Part shown: one piece after another, positions 40,965 to 54,379 of the stretch | How the letters are laid out: each line of letters starts with the position of its first letter | How positions within the stretch are numbered: position 1 is the first letter of the stretch | Assembly: GCF_006345805.1 (NCBI RefSeq) | Contig: NC_043022.1 | Location: forward strand, 9,300,001 to 9,364,000 | DNA: 64,000 nucleotides | Source: Octopus sinensis | Lineage: Eukaryota | Direction: 5' to 3' | Notes under the pieces: generated by a model | Told to the model about the DNA's origin: nothing | The model's input: only the letters and a program-made list of their open reading frames with translations | The model's database searches: none | Translations under genes and position numbers: made by a program

Positions 40965-41375
40965 TTTTTTCACTCTTTTACTTGTTTCAGTCATTTGACT
41001 GAAGCCATGCTGGAGCACCACCTTGAAGGTTTTTAGTCAAACAAATCGACCCCAGAACTGTTTTTTTAAAGCCTAGTACCTATTCTATCACTCTCTTTCG
41101 TCAAACCGCCAAGTTACAGGGACATAAACACAACAACACTGGTTGTCAAGCGGTGATGGAGGGACAAACACAAAGCCATACAAACATAGATGTATACATA
41201 TATTTATATATATACAATAGACATCTTTCAGTTTCTGTCTACCAAATCCACTCACAAGGCTTTGGTCGATCTGAGACTACAGTAGAAGACACTTGCCCAA
41301 GGTGCCATGCATTGGCACTGAACTCAGAACCATGTGGTTGGGAAAGAAGCTTCTTACCACACAGTCACGCCTACA
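40965..41375 (-). mobile_element. Family A SINE
   Basis: Both halves in antisense. Confidence 0.85.
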
Positions 41376-41439
41376 TACTAGGTTATAATGTTCTTGCTCA
41401 CTTCAGTTGCTTATAGCAGTATTTGGAAATCAAGTGTGT

Positions 41440-41735
41440 AGAATGTGATCATCTGATAAAAGTTCAGGTTTCAGTTGTGCAGGATCTCCTGAATTATGTC
41501 GAGGAAGACAAAACTTTTTGAAAATGGTCATAACAGGTGAGGAATGTGGGTCTATGGCTGTGACCACAAAACCAAGACAAAAATCAAATCATCAAGGAAA
41601 TCTAAGAGAATGCGATGATACAACTGCTTGCTATCCCAAAAAATGAGTTCCAGGAATGCTTCCATCATTGGAAACAACACCAGATAAAGGGTGTGACCTC
41701 AGAGGGGGACTACTTCAAAGGAGATTAAATGCCAA
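41440..41735 (+). pseudogene. Internally deleted mariner transposase remnant
   Basis: QDLLNYVEEDKTF-KMVITGEE-WVYGCD (ITGDETWVYGYD motif, frameshifted) joined to IPKNEFQECFHHWKQH...SEGDYFKGD* (mariner C-terminus). Confidence 0.8.
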
Positions 41736-41769
41736 ATTGATGTGTTGTATTTTTCTTTTTGGAAATTGT

Positions 41770-42090
41770 AGCTGTGCCGATGGCACGTAAGAGAACCATC
41801 CGAATGTGGCCGTTGCCAGCGCCGCCCTTACTGGCCTTTGTGCCGGTGGCACGTAAAATGCACCATCCGATTGTGGCCGTTGCCAGCCTCATCTGGCACC
41901 TGTACAGGTGGCACGTAAAAAGCACCCACTACACTCACGGAGTGGTTGGCATTAGGACGGGCATCCAGCCATAGAAACACTGCCAGATCAGACTGGGCCT
42001 GGTGCAGCCTTCTGGCTTCCCAGACCCCAGTTGAACCATCCAACCCATGCTAGCATGGAAAACGGACGTTAAACGATGATGATGATGATA
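41770..42090 (+). mobile_element. Family D SINE
   Basis: Same body and ggacgttaaacgatgatg tail. Confidence 0.85.
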
Positions 42091-42729
42091 GCAACAGTGC
42101 CAATGCTTTTTGATCAGACCTCATATGTATAATAAGTATCCATCTGACCCATGCTAGCATTAAAAAACAGACATAACAATAAAATCAAACAAATACCCAC
42201 ACATTGATTCAAATGTTGGATTGTCATCCCGTCACAGAAGCCAACCACCACATGCCACACTGAATTAGCTAACTTGAGAATTGTAACAATGGTGCAATTC
42301 TCTAAAGATTACTTAGCTAATTACATCATAATTGAATTAATAGGTAGTCTTGTTAATCAAACAACTAGAACACTCTTCTTTACAAAGTGACAGAGGATCG
42401 ATCCATCTCTTTACTTGTGTTTATTTATTTAGTTGTGTGTGTCTGTGTTTGTATGGCTGTGTGTAGTAGTTTCGTGTGTTCACAGCAATATTTGCCTCAT
42501 TCCTAATTCTCTTTATGCACGTTTTGTTGCTCCACTGGGGTTTGCATGCATCCATAACTGGGTATGATACATTTTGGTGCCGCCAATTCAATACTGACTT
42601 ATCTGATATCGGATAGACATTTTCATCCATCTCTCTCTCTCTCTCTCTTATTTAAAGGAATATGTTGAATTTTTGCAGTTAATAAATTATATTAATGGCA
42701 CATCTCCAATTTCTGAATTTTAATTAATA

Positions 42730-43140
42730 TATAGGCGCAGGAGTGGCTGTGTGGTAAGTAGCTTGCTAACCAACCACATGGTTCTGGGTTCAGTCCCACT
42801 GCGTGGCATCTTGGGTAAGTGTCTTCTACTATAGCCTCGGGCCGACCAAAGCCTTGTGAGTGGATTTGGTAGACGGAAACTGAAAGAAGCCTGTCGTATA
42901 TATGTATATATATATATATGTGTGTGTGTGTGTATATGTTTGTGTGTCTGTGTTTGTCCCCCTAGCATTGCTTGACAACCAATGCTGGTGTGTTTACGTC
43001 CCCATCACTTAGCAGTTCGGCAAAAGAGACCGATAGAATAAGTACTGGGCTTACAAAGAATAAGCCCCAGGGTCAATTTGCTCGACTAAAGGCGGTGCTC
43101 TCGCATGGCCGCAGTCAAATGACTGAAACAAATAAAAGAG

Positions 43141-43142
<2 letters not shown>
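42730..43142 (+). mobile_element. Young full-length family A SINE
   Basis: ataggcgcaggagtggctgtgtggtaagtagc...gactgaaacaaataaaagag; most CpGs intact. Confidence 0.9.
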
Positions 43143-43177
<35 letters not shown>

Positions 43178-44030
43178 TAAATATATATAAATGGTGTTTA
43201 TTTTCCTCTTTTCGTTATATGTATGTGCATGTGTGTTTTTCCTTCCACCACAACCAGTGCTGGTTTGTTTACATCCCCATAACTTAGCAGATCAGCAAAA
43301 CTGACCGATAGAATAAGTACAGGGTTCAATACATTCAACTAAAAATTCTTCAAGGCGGTGTCCAAGCATGGCCACAGTCTAATGACTGAAACTTGTAAAA
43401 AAATAAAAGATCCACACACACATCACACACACACACGTCACACACATACACACATCACTCACACACTTCACACACACACATACGTCACACATATCACACA
43501 CACATCATACATACATCACACACACACATAACACATCGCATACACATCATACATACATCACACATACATCATACACACACACACATACATCATACACACA
43601 TACACATACATCACTCACACACCTACATCATACACACACACATACATCACTCACACACACATCACACATACACACATATTGCACACACACATTACACAGA
43701 CTCTCATACACTGTTACTCAGCAATGCCATATGACGGAGGCAGTTTAATCTTCATCTCCATTATTTTGCAGTATTCCACGCATTATCGCCATTGACCTCA
43801 CAGCATGTCCGATTACCAACTTAGCACCTCACCATTCAATACATTAAACTTGAAAGGCCATCAGATACCAAATGTGTCGACATTTACTCTGTTGCATGCA
43901 TTAAATTAGTGCTATTATGGTTTAATATATTGGTTATCATTTACTGTTATGTTTAATAATTCATATTAATGGTTTTAGTCCGTCTAACTTATCCACCCAG
44001 ACAGCTTGTGTATTTTAATATATAGCTATG

Positions 44031-44072
<42 letters not shown>

Positions 44073-44318
44073 TGTGTGTGTGTGTGTGTGTGGATGGATG
44101 GATTAAAGTATAAATGAAAAAGCAAACATTTGGCACCACTTGAAAAGGATATTTAATTTAGATGGAAAATATAAACATATAGTCTCTGTGTGTGTGTGTG
44201 TGTGTGTGTGTGTATTATTATCATCATCATTTAATGTCCGTTTTCCATGGTAGCATGATTTGGATGGTTTGACCGGAGCTGACCAGCTGAATGGCTGTTC
44301 AGGCTTACTGTTTGTCTG

Positions 44319-44354
<36 letters not shown>

Positions 44355-44594
44355 TGTGTGTGTGTGCATCATCATCATCATCATCACTTAATGTCCATTT
44401 TCCATGCTGGCATGAGTTGGATGGTTTGACCGGAGCTGAATGGCTGTTCAGGCTTATTGTTTGTTTGTTTCTGTGTGTGTGTGTGGAGAATGAGGGAGTG
44501 TTGCTTTTTGTGTGTGTGTGTGTGTGTGTGTGGAGAATGAGGGAGTGTTGGTTTTTGTGTGTGCGTGTGTGTTTTGTGGGAGGAGGTGCTTGAG

Positions 44595-44860
44595 TCATGC
44601 AGGCCTGGTCAGCCATCAGGGAACGAACAGGAATCGACCCATGGTAAATTGTGACATGGCTATTGTTCACAACAGAACATGTGCAACAAGTGGGAAGGTG
44701 TGCCTCTCAGTTGGAGGATTAAAAAGGCACATTGAAAGAGTCCATAACGTGGCACCTGTTCCTTCTATCAGCCAGCACAGTTGTGCATTATGCAACAGAA
44801 TGTGCAAAACTTTCACCAGGCTCAAGAGTCGTACAAGGGCTTCACATTGCATCAACACTA
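44595..44860 (+). pseudogene. Two decayed C2H2-like zinc fingers, probably a LINE ORF2 C-terminus
   Basis: CATSGKVCLSVGGLKRHIERVH (44680-44745) and CALCNRMCKTFTRLKSRTRASH (44782-44847); each is one base change from a full C2H2 ligand set. Confidence 0.5.
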
Positions 44861-45074
44861 ATTTCAGTGATTCTTTCTTGCAATGGCTTTGCTTGTATAT
44901 GAGAAAGCAGCTAAGATGTGTGTATTTATGTATTTGTGTGTTTTGAAATTGGAAAAAAAAACCCCCACAAATCTTGCAATTTTATTTTAAGGTTGTCTTT
45001 ACTCTCTTTGCTAATCATGTGCTTTTCTATTTGTTGAAGAATTACCACATAATATTTGTGTGGGTACATATGTG

Positions 45075-45690
45075 AAGGTGCATGGCTTAGTGGTTAGAGT
45101 GTCGAGCATACAATCATGAGGTTGTGAGTTCGAATTCTGTACAAGATTGTGTGTTGTGTTCTTGAGCAAGACACTTTATTTCACATTGCTTCAGTTCACT
45201 CAGCTGTAGAAACGAGTTGCAATGTCACAGGTGCCAAGCTGTATTGGCCTTTGACTTACCCTTGGATAACACTGGTGGCGTGGAGAGGTGGGGGCGTGTG
45301 CATGGGCAACTGCTGGTCTTCCATAAACAACCTGTTTCTTTACTACCCACAAGGGGCTAAACACAGAGGGGACAAACAAGGACAGACAAACGGATTAAGT
45401 CGATTACATCGACCCCAGTGCATAACTGGTACTTAATTTATTGACCCCAAAAGGATGAAAGCCAAATACGACCTTGACGGAATTTGAACTCAGAACTCAG
45501 ACGAAATACGGCTACGCATTTCGCCCAGCGTGCTAACGTTTCTGCCAGCTCGCCACCTTATTCTGCCACCTCGCTGCCTTATTCTGCCAGCTCACTGTCT
45601 TCCATAAACAACCTTGCCTGGACTTGTGCCTGGGAAGGTAACTTTCTAGGTGCAATCCCATGGTCAGTCATGACCAAAGGGGGTCTCAGC
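45075..45690 (+). mobile_element. Family C-type SINE (C2 tail) with a family B SINE (minus, 45334-45596) inserted
   Basis: 18-bp TSD gtcttccataaacaacct at 45316-45333 and 45597-45614. Confidence 0.9.
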
Positions 45691-46479
45691 AACATATGTA
45701 TGTGCATAGGTATGTATGCTCATGCAAACAGACGTAGACTTGCTTAGCTATACTTATTGATGTATGTGTGTTTGTGCTGTGTTGATTGTCAGGATCTCAG
45801 CTATGGGTTAATTAGCATATTAAGGTTTGTTGCTTACCTATGCATGTGAAAATTGAATCCAGTGGACTCTGTTGAAGAAACCTTCATGGTTCAATAGAGG
45901 GTGAATGTGGCTGCAGCAATGTGTTGTGGAGTGTAGAGAGCAAGATGAGGAATGTAAGACATTTTGGTCATTAACCACATCCATTTCCATCATCGGTCAT
46001 CCTGACCTGAGACATCACACTACTCACACACACACAGTGTTTCAATGTGGTCAGTACTGCTTCCCATCTGCAGGGGGTTAAATAATAATGATGATGATGA
46101 TGACAATGATGACAGTAATGACAACAATTGGGTGTGTATATGGTTTAGTCTCTATATGTTAGAGACAGAAAATTAAAGACATAATTAGAAAAGAATTACT
46201 CATTCGGATGATCATTAATTATGCTGTCCTTGTTGTTTAGCCCTGAGTCAATTAAGATTGATCGGTGACATTCTAGATATGACTGTACCATCCTTTTATT
46301 TTTGTTATCATACTTTCATTATCCAATTTGCTTTTCCTGTTTTTTGAAACACAGCAAAATGCAATTTAACCCTTTAGCATTCACAGATTACTCTGTCGAG
46401 TGTAATGCTTATTTATTCACATCGTTTGGAGTTAATCAGGCATTATCTCATAGCTTCAAGATTTTGATGATCTGGTTCT

Positions 46480-46763
46480 TTTACTCTTCTATTCTTTCAA
46501 TCTTTTTTACTTGTTTCAATCATTTGGCTGCAGCCATGCTGGAGCATTGCCTTAAAGGGTTGTTTTTTTTTTGTCAAAGAAATCAGCCTGACTCCAGGAC
46601 TTATTCTTTGTAAGCCTAGTACTTATTGTATTGATCTCTTTTCTTGAACTGCTAAGTTATGGGGACATAACACATCAACATGGTTGATGAGCGATAGTAG
46701 GGAGGCAGACAAAGACAAAAGACACACACAAATAAACATATACACATATATATCATCACCATC

Positions 46764-46821
<58 letters not shown>

Positions 46822-47185
46822 GGTGGGATGTAAAAGCACCCACTACACTCTCGGAGTGGTTGGCATTAGGAAGGGCATCCAGCTGTAGAAACTCTGCCAG
46901 ATCAGATTGGAGTCTGGTGCAGCTATCTGGTTCACCAGATCTCAGTCAAATCGTCCAACCCATGCTAGCATGGAAAGCGGACGTTAAATGATGATGATGA
47001 TGTATATATATATATTATATATATGACAGGCTTCTTTCAGTTTTCATCTTCCAAATCCACTCACAACACTTTGGTTGGCCTGAAGCTATGATAGAAGGCA
47101 CTTCACCAAATTGCCACGCAGTGTAACTGAACCCAGAACCATGTGGTTGGGAAGCAAGCTTCTTACCGCACAACCGTGCCTGTTT
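46480..47185 (-). mobile_element. Family A SINE with a family D copy (+, about 46820-47000) inside its central microsatellite
   Basis: A 3' half, (TA)n, D element, then A 5' half. Confidence 0.8.
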
Positions 47186-47779
47186 ATTTTTAGAATGACA
47201 TTGTAGGGTCAGTATAAAAGGCTGGATCTAGCTAGTTTGAACATAAAACAGGTGGTATATTTGAGCAGGATATGGCTGGTTTAACCTTTTGGCATCCAGA
47301 TTACTCTGTCAAATGTAATTCTTATTTATTCACATTGTTTTGAATTAATCCTGCAATATTTCATAGCTTCAAGATTTCAATAATGTGACTGTTTGTTTAT
47401 GTTTATAATGGCATTATAGGGCTAGTGTGAGAGGCTGGATCTGGCTGGTTTCAACATAAAACCCGATAGAATATTTGGGCTTTGATATGGTTGGTTTCAA
47501 TGAAGTGAATCCAGCAAAAAAAAACAAACAAAAAAAATGTGTAAAAGAATACTGCCACACACTTAGATAAGGTGAACAACTAGATCTAAAACTAACCTCA
47601 TACCAGGGAAATAGAATGGGAACAAGGGTGGGTGCTAGTACCACCACCACACTGTCAACAATGTCGGTCCAAAAGTACAAACCCGACAACAATAACCGGT
47701 GCCAACATCCATCAATGAAACAATCATTTAACCTTAATTTCTTTGGCCAATAAAAGCATTAATCTTGGCATTCGTTCAT

Positions 47780-48210
47780 ACATAAAATTAACTGATACTC
47801 AACACCACAATGATGACGACGACCACCACCACCACCTCCACAGAGACCATCACCATCATCACCACCACCATCACCATGATTACCGTTATGACTTAATACC
47901 ATAACCATCACTAGAACTGTAACCATTACTATCACCACCATGAGTACTGCTACCCCTCCCATCATCACCACAATGACTACTATTGTCATCACTACCACTG
48001 CCAGTACTACTACTACTACCAGCACCACACTACTATTACCACCACCACTACTACCACTACCAGAACCACTACTACTATCACCACCACCACCACCACCACT
48101 ACTTCTACCATGACCACTATCACCAACCACTATTCTCACCACCACCACCACTATCACCACCACCACTACTACAACCATCACCACCACCACCAAAAATACT
48201 ACAACTACTA
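47780..48210. repeat. (ACC/ACT/CAT)n low-complexity block
   Basis: Direct reading. Confidence 0.9.
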
Positions 48211-48719
48211 CTTGTAAAGAGCTGTCATCTCAACTTCCTTGCTCCTACTCATTTAACTTATTTTTTATTTGTATAGTCCTGTTTGCATGCAGCCATTCAG
48301 CCATTCATTCAAAAGAAAAACAAAACACAGTTAAACCAGCACTAATCCTTGCCCAACGCTTTCTCCAGAGCTACAAAAGGTATTCAGTACACCACACAGT
48401 AATTAGTTGGTTAGGCTTCGCCATCCAGCTCTTTATGTTCCGAGTTCAAATTCCACTGAGGTCAAACTTCGCATTTCATCTTCTCAAGCCCAGTTAAATA
48501 CTGGTGCCAGCCAGCTGTTTATGTTCTGAGTTCAAATTCTACTCGGGCAGACTTTGTCTTTCCTTTTGTCAGCGTCAATAAAATATGTACCAGTCAAGCA
48601 GTCGGGTCAATGTAATCGACTTAATCCCACCCCTCATATTGCTAGCTGTGTGCCAAAATTTGAAACTATTATTATTACTATTATTACTATTACTATTATT
48701 ATATTATTATTATTATTAT

Positions 48720-48845
48720 TATTATTATAAATGTTGCACAGTATCCAATATCGTGAGGTTGTTGATGGAAGATGTGTCTACTGGGGGTTCACAATAAGGA
48801 CCTCAGACAGGCAGTACTTTACACAATATGTGTGCAGTTCCAGTC
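48720..48845 (-). mobile_element. R4/Dong-like LINE 3' end, same family as 3607-3830
   Basis: Minus strand GTAHILCKVLPV*, with 3' UTR cagtagacacatcttccatcaacaacctcacgata matching the 3750-3790 copy, and an (AAT)n tail. Confidence 0.65.
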
Positions 48846-48894
48846 AAAAGGATTATTATTATTATCATTATTATTATTATTATTAAGGCAGCAA

Positions 48895-49037
48895 GCTGGC
48901 AGAATCATTAATAGTCCAGGCAAAATGCTTGGCAGTATTCTCTCCTGCACATTCTGAGTTCAAATTCTGACAAGGTTGACTTTGCCTTCCATCCTTTCGG
49001 GGTCAATAAATTAAATACAGGTGAAACACTGGGGGCC

Positions 49038-49040
<3 letters not shown>
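48895..49040 (+). mobile_element. Family B SINE
   Basis: aggcagcaagctggcagaatc...ttctgagttcaaattc...cctttcggggtcaataaa. Confidence 0.8.
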
Positions 49041-49110
<70 letters not shown>

Positions 49111-49464
49111 CCACCTCACACACACATACACACAAATGCAGCACATGCAGCACATAATGTCTCATATATATTCACATCTTGAAGATATCTCTGTTTCTTT
49201 TCCTTAAAGGGCATGTTAGAGCCATCACATTTCATCTCTCCCTCCTCCTCTTCCACCACCACCACCAGCAGCAGTGCTGCTGCCACCACTAAATCTGCAT
49301 CCTTCACAGTCACTGCTATAGTAACACGACCAATACTATAACCTCCTCCACCATCACCACCTTCTATTACCATAACATCATCACCACAACTATCGTCATC
49401 ACATTATTGCCACCACCACTACCACCACAATAATACCATCACTACCAACAACACACCAACCACT

Positions 49465-49890
49465 TCCACAACCACCACCACCATCACCACCACCACTATC
49501 ACCATAATCACCACCACCACCATCACCACCACCACTATCACCATAATCACCACCACCACCATCACCACCACCACTATCACCATAATCACACCACCACCAT
49601 CACCACCACCACTATCACCATAATCACCACAACCACATCACACCACCACTATCACATAATCACCACCACCACCATCACCACCACCACTATCACCATAATC
49701 ACCACAACCACCATCACCACCACCACTATCACCATAATCACCACCACCACCATCACCACCACCACTATCACCATAATCACCACAACCACCATCACCACCA
49801 CCACTATCACCATAATCACCACCACCACCATCACCACCACCACTATCACCATAATCACCACAACCACCATCACCACCACTATCACCACCA
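49465..49890. repeat. 39-bp minisatellite, about 10 copies
   Basis: cataat marker at 49503, 49542, 49581, 49619, 49655, 49694, 49733, 49772, 49811 and 49850. Confidence 0.9.
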
Positions 49891-50559
49891 CCATCATCAG
49901 CATCAAGAACAACAGCAGCAATAACCCTAATTGACTCTAACAGCCGCACATTCAGCTGTTGTTCAGAATTGGTCAACTGGAAACATTGGAGAGGAGAGGG
50001 GGAGGAGGCGTCAGGGTAGGAGTTGGGGAAGCTCTGTGCACATATGTGCATGTGTGGCTTTGTGTGGGTGTGTCTGTATGTGGTGCATAAAATATGTGTC
50101 TTTGTGTATGAGCATGTGTGCGCATTGTATAGTATGCGTATTTGTGTGTCTGTTGCGTATGATGTGTGTATGTTTGTACATTATACACTGTGTGTGTGTG
50201 TTTGTGCATCTGTATGTGGTGCATGATATTTGTGTATATGTGTTTGTCATGAGATGTGTGTGTGTGTGTATCTGTGTTATAGTGTGTGTGTGCGTGCACT
50301 AGATTTGTATTAGGTGGTTGGATGGTATGTTTTTTTTTAATTTCCTCTATGAAAGCCAACTAAACACAAAAGACATTTGTTGAAGTTCTTGACATGATAA
50401 ATGGCCACTGGTAACAATGGAACAACAAAGATTGAATAGCAATAATAGTAACAACAACAACAATAATAAAAATAAAAGCAGGACAATGGCTGTGGCAATA
50501 TTTGTAACATTTGTGATGTTGATTGGGCTGGAGGTAAATGATGATGATGATAACAATCC

Positions 50560-51075
<516 letters not shown>

Positions 51076-52517
51076 TTTCCATGGTGCCACGCAGTGGAAC
51101 TGAACCTGAAACAATGTGGTTTGGAAGCAAGCTTCTTACCACACAGCTATGCCCGCACCCATTCATCTACATTTTTTAAAATTTTATCCCAGAGTATCTT
51201 GCAGCTTCAAGATTCTGAAGAGGTGGCTGTTTATTTTTAGATTGACATTGTAGGGTAGGTGTGAGAGGCTGGATCTGGTCAGTTTATCTTTAGACTGACA
51301 TTGTGGGATAGGTGTGAGAGGCTGGATCTGGCTGGTTTAAATGCTAAAGGGTTAAATCACTTTAAAACAGTAAGTTTTATATCATAGAACCAGGACCAGT
51401 GTTATGTCGGTTGGCATCAAAAGGGTTAAACTTGAGAACAATACTTGATAGAGAGAACAGAAACCTGGAGTCTTATCTCAACATCCCTTCACCAACCAAA
51501 CAAGGCTCTTTGTCAGCTTAGGTCTGTGGCAAGGCATAGGTCTAAGGATCTATTTCAAACATCTCTCTCCTCCACGCCAGCCAAACAAGGCTGGGTTTAC
51601 CTACTCAAATGTCACATCCTGTCTTTATAGAATTGACAGGTAATGCTTAAATCATAAGAAAACATTCCACTCATGCGTACACAATGGCCTTTAATTGCTC
51701 CTTCAATCTACTTAGAAAGAGATAGATAGACAGAGAGAGTGGGAGGGAGAAAAGGGGAAGGGTTAGAGAAGAGTAAGAAGGAGTAATTGCAGCTATATGT
51801 ACTTCTCTACCCCCAAGCTATGGTAATATAAACCACACTTCATCACATCTGTACGCATTATGCATCTCATGTTATCATCCTATCTGAAATAACAGACTCA
51901 CAGTCATCGTTGCCGGGCGGTTTCCTCTTACATTTTACAGCATTATTTCATTTCATTGTAGCTAATGCACAATGCATGTATATATATGCATGTGTACATG
52001 TGTGTGTGTCTGTGTGTCACAAAAACTGAACCAGAGTATTGAATGTTGTTATATGTCATTGGTCACAGTGTGCTTTGCAACCACACATCCATACCTGCAT
52101 CTGTAGAACTGTATTGGCGATCGGGTTAAGGAATCATAAATTACAGTCGTGTCTGCCACCATCAACCCCTCCTCCCATCATCTCCTTGCGACACCACAAA
52201 GCTTTCTGGAACTTGAATGTTCCACCAATATAGCCGTTCTTTTGTTGTGAAATGCCATCTGTACCGAATAAGCTTCTCTCCATTGCGGGCTTTGATGTTT
52301 CAACATCACTGCACCCAAATGTAACAGCCATTAATTTACCTTAATTTATGCAATGACTCTGCTGCCATCTACATCTATGGTAATGAACTGTGATGAAGAA
52401 TCCCCCCTGGCAGTGATCCCCCAAATTTTTAGCCCCTCAGATCAGGGATCACATGCATAACAAAGCACAATTATTGTGCATAATATATAATTTAATTATA
52501 ACATATATAATACATGT

Positions 52518-52850
52518 GAAGGCACATGGCTCTGTGGTTAGAGTGTCGAGCTCACAATCATGAGGTAGTGAGTTCAATTCCTGGCTGGAGTGTATGTTGC
52601 GTTCTTGAGCAAGACATTTTATTTGACATTGTTCCAATTCACTCAGCTGTAGAAATAGGTTGTGATGTCATTGGTGCCAAGCTGTATTGGCCCCTTTGCC
52701 TTTCTCTTGGATAACATCGGTGGCGTAAAGAAGAGAAGTTGGTATGCATGGGCGACTGCTGGGTCTTCTATAAACAACCTTGCCTAGACTTGCGCTTCAG
52801 AAGGGAACTTTCTAGGTGCAATCCCATGGTCATTCATAACTGAAGAAGTT
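52518..52850 (+). mobile_element. Family C-type SINE (C2 tail)
   Basis: gaaggcacatggctctgtggttagagtgtcgagctcacaatcatgaggtagtgagttcaattcctgg; head resembles elongator tRNA-Met. Confidence 0.8.
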
Positions 52851-52889
52851 CTTTACTATTTTTACTATATATAATGCATACATAATGCT

Positions 52890-53310
52890 TAGATGTGGCT
52901 GTGTGGTAAGAAGCATGCTTCCCAATCATATGGATCTGGGTTCAATCCCATTGCATGGAACCTTGAGCAGATGTCTTGTACTATAGCCACGGGCCAACCA
53001 AAGCCTTGTGAGTGGATTTGGTTGATGGAAACTGAAAGAAGCCCATCATATATATGTGTGTGTGTGTGTGTATGATACACTTGTCTGTGTTTGCCAACAC
53101 CCCTCCACATCACCACTTGACAATTGGTGCTTCAGTGTTGGTGTGTTTTTGTTCCCGTAACTTAACAGTTCAGCAAAAAGACCAATAGAATAAGTCCTAA
53201 GCTTAAAAAAAAAAAGAAGTCATGTGGTTAGTTTTTTAAACTAAAACCCTTCGAGGTGGTGCTCCAGCATGGCTGCAGTCAAATGACTCCAACAAATAAA
53301 AGAATAAAAG
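52890..53310 (+). mobile_element. Family A SINE
   Basis: Both halves present. Confidence 0.8.
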
Positions 53311-53480
53311 AATATTTCATATAACACATATATAATATGCAAACATTACATATATTATTTGTGTGTACAATTAGACTAATGAGTGAAACAAGTTAAAGAC
53401 AAAAGATTTTCTGGAAGTTATGAAGCAACCAAAGTCAGGGAGGCACACATGGAGGTATGTTTTGCATCCCACCCAGTGAT

Positions 53481-53678
53481 GATGAATCATGTCCCATGTG
53501 GCCCACTGCTCAAAAAAAAGGGTTGTCTGTACTTGAATCCTTTCTTGATGAATCATGTCCCATGTGGCCCACTGCTCAAAAAAAAGGGGTGTCTGTACTT
53601 GAATCCTTTCTTGATGAATCATGTTCCATGTGGCCCACTGCTCAAAAAAAAGGGTTGTCTGTACTTGAATCCTTTCTT
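53481..53678. repeat. 66-bp tandem repeat, 3 near-identical copies
   Basis: Units start at 53481, 53547 and 53613. Confidence 0.95.
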
Positions 53679-54021
53679 GGTCTCGTTTAGCCACAGGTGA
53701 GCCTCACCTGACATAGCCTATAGAATCCTTTCTCAGTTTTGTTGTTTAGCCAGAGGTGAGCCCCTTTGACCTTTGATCAACGAGATTCCAAAAGTAGGAC
53801 TACGTTAACCAGTGCCCTTCCAGTTTTATGTAATGGTGTGTTCTGGTGGAGAGATTTGACTGCTATTACTAATAGCTTGAACTGACTGCTTAGACAAACC
53901 CTGGTTGGCTCATATAAATGTCAGGGTTTTTTTAAAAAATAAGGTAATGAAGAAAAAAGAAAAACAATTTTAAAGAGGTGGAGGAATTACACTGAAAATC
54001 TCTCTCTTTCCCCCTCTCTCT

Positions 54022-54055
<34 letters not shown>

Positions 54056-54062
54056 TTCAGGA

Positions 54063-54148
54063 GAAACTACACTTAATCTCTCTTTTCTTTCTGGTGAAAC
54101 TACACTGAATCTCTCTTTTCTTTCTGGTGAAACTACACTGAATCTCTC
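54063..54148. repeat. 33-bp tandem repeat, about 2.6 copies
   Basis: gaaactacac at 54063, 54096 and 54129. Confidence 0.85.
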
Positions 54149-54379
54149 CCCCTTTCTTTCTCTCTTTCTCTCTCTCTCTCCCTCATTCTCCTTCTCTACC
54201 TTTGTATTTCATCTTTACCTCTTTCTACTTTACCTTGTCTCTCTTCCCCCTCCCTCCTATTTCTTTCCCTGCTCCCCCCCACTCCTCTTAACATTTGTCT
54301 GGTTCTCACTAGATTTAGTAAAAAAAAAAAAATACATAAAGACTAAAATAAAACAAAAAAAATATAAATACTAGGTTGC

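Noticed and set aside
42421-42630. 69-aa ORF MDENVYPISDK...
   Set aside because: No recognisable homology; an ORF of this length is expected by chance, and it starts right after a (GA)n tract
42720-42968. Recurrent ORFs like RASFSFRLPNPLTRLWSARGYSRRHLPKVPRSGTEP (also at 581, 12899, 59558 and elsewhere)
   Set aside because: Antisense reading frame of the family A SINE; the recurrence reflects repeat copies, not a gene family
52090-52340. Unique GC-balanced stretch as a coding exon
   Set aside because: No frame combines a long open stretch with convincing splice sites, and no peptide was recognised; may be an old transposon fragment
53476-53712. C/D box snoRNA (TGATGA near 53477, CTGA near 53708)
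   Set aside because: No terminal stem, the boxes are too far apart and interrupted by the tandem repeat, and no rRNA-complementary guide was recognised
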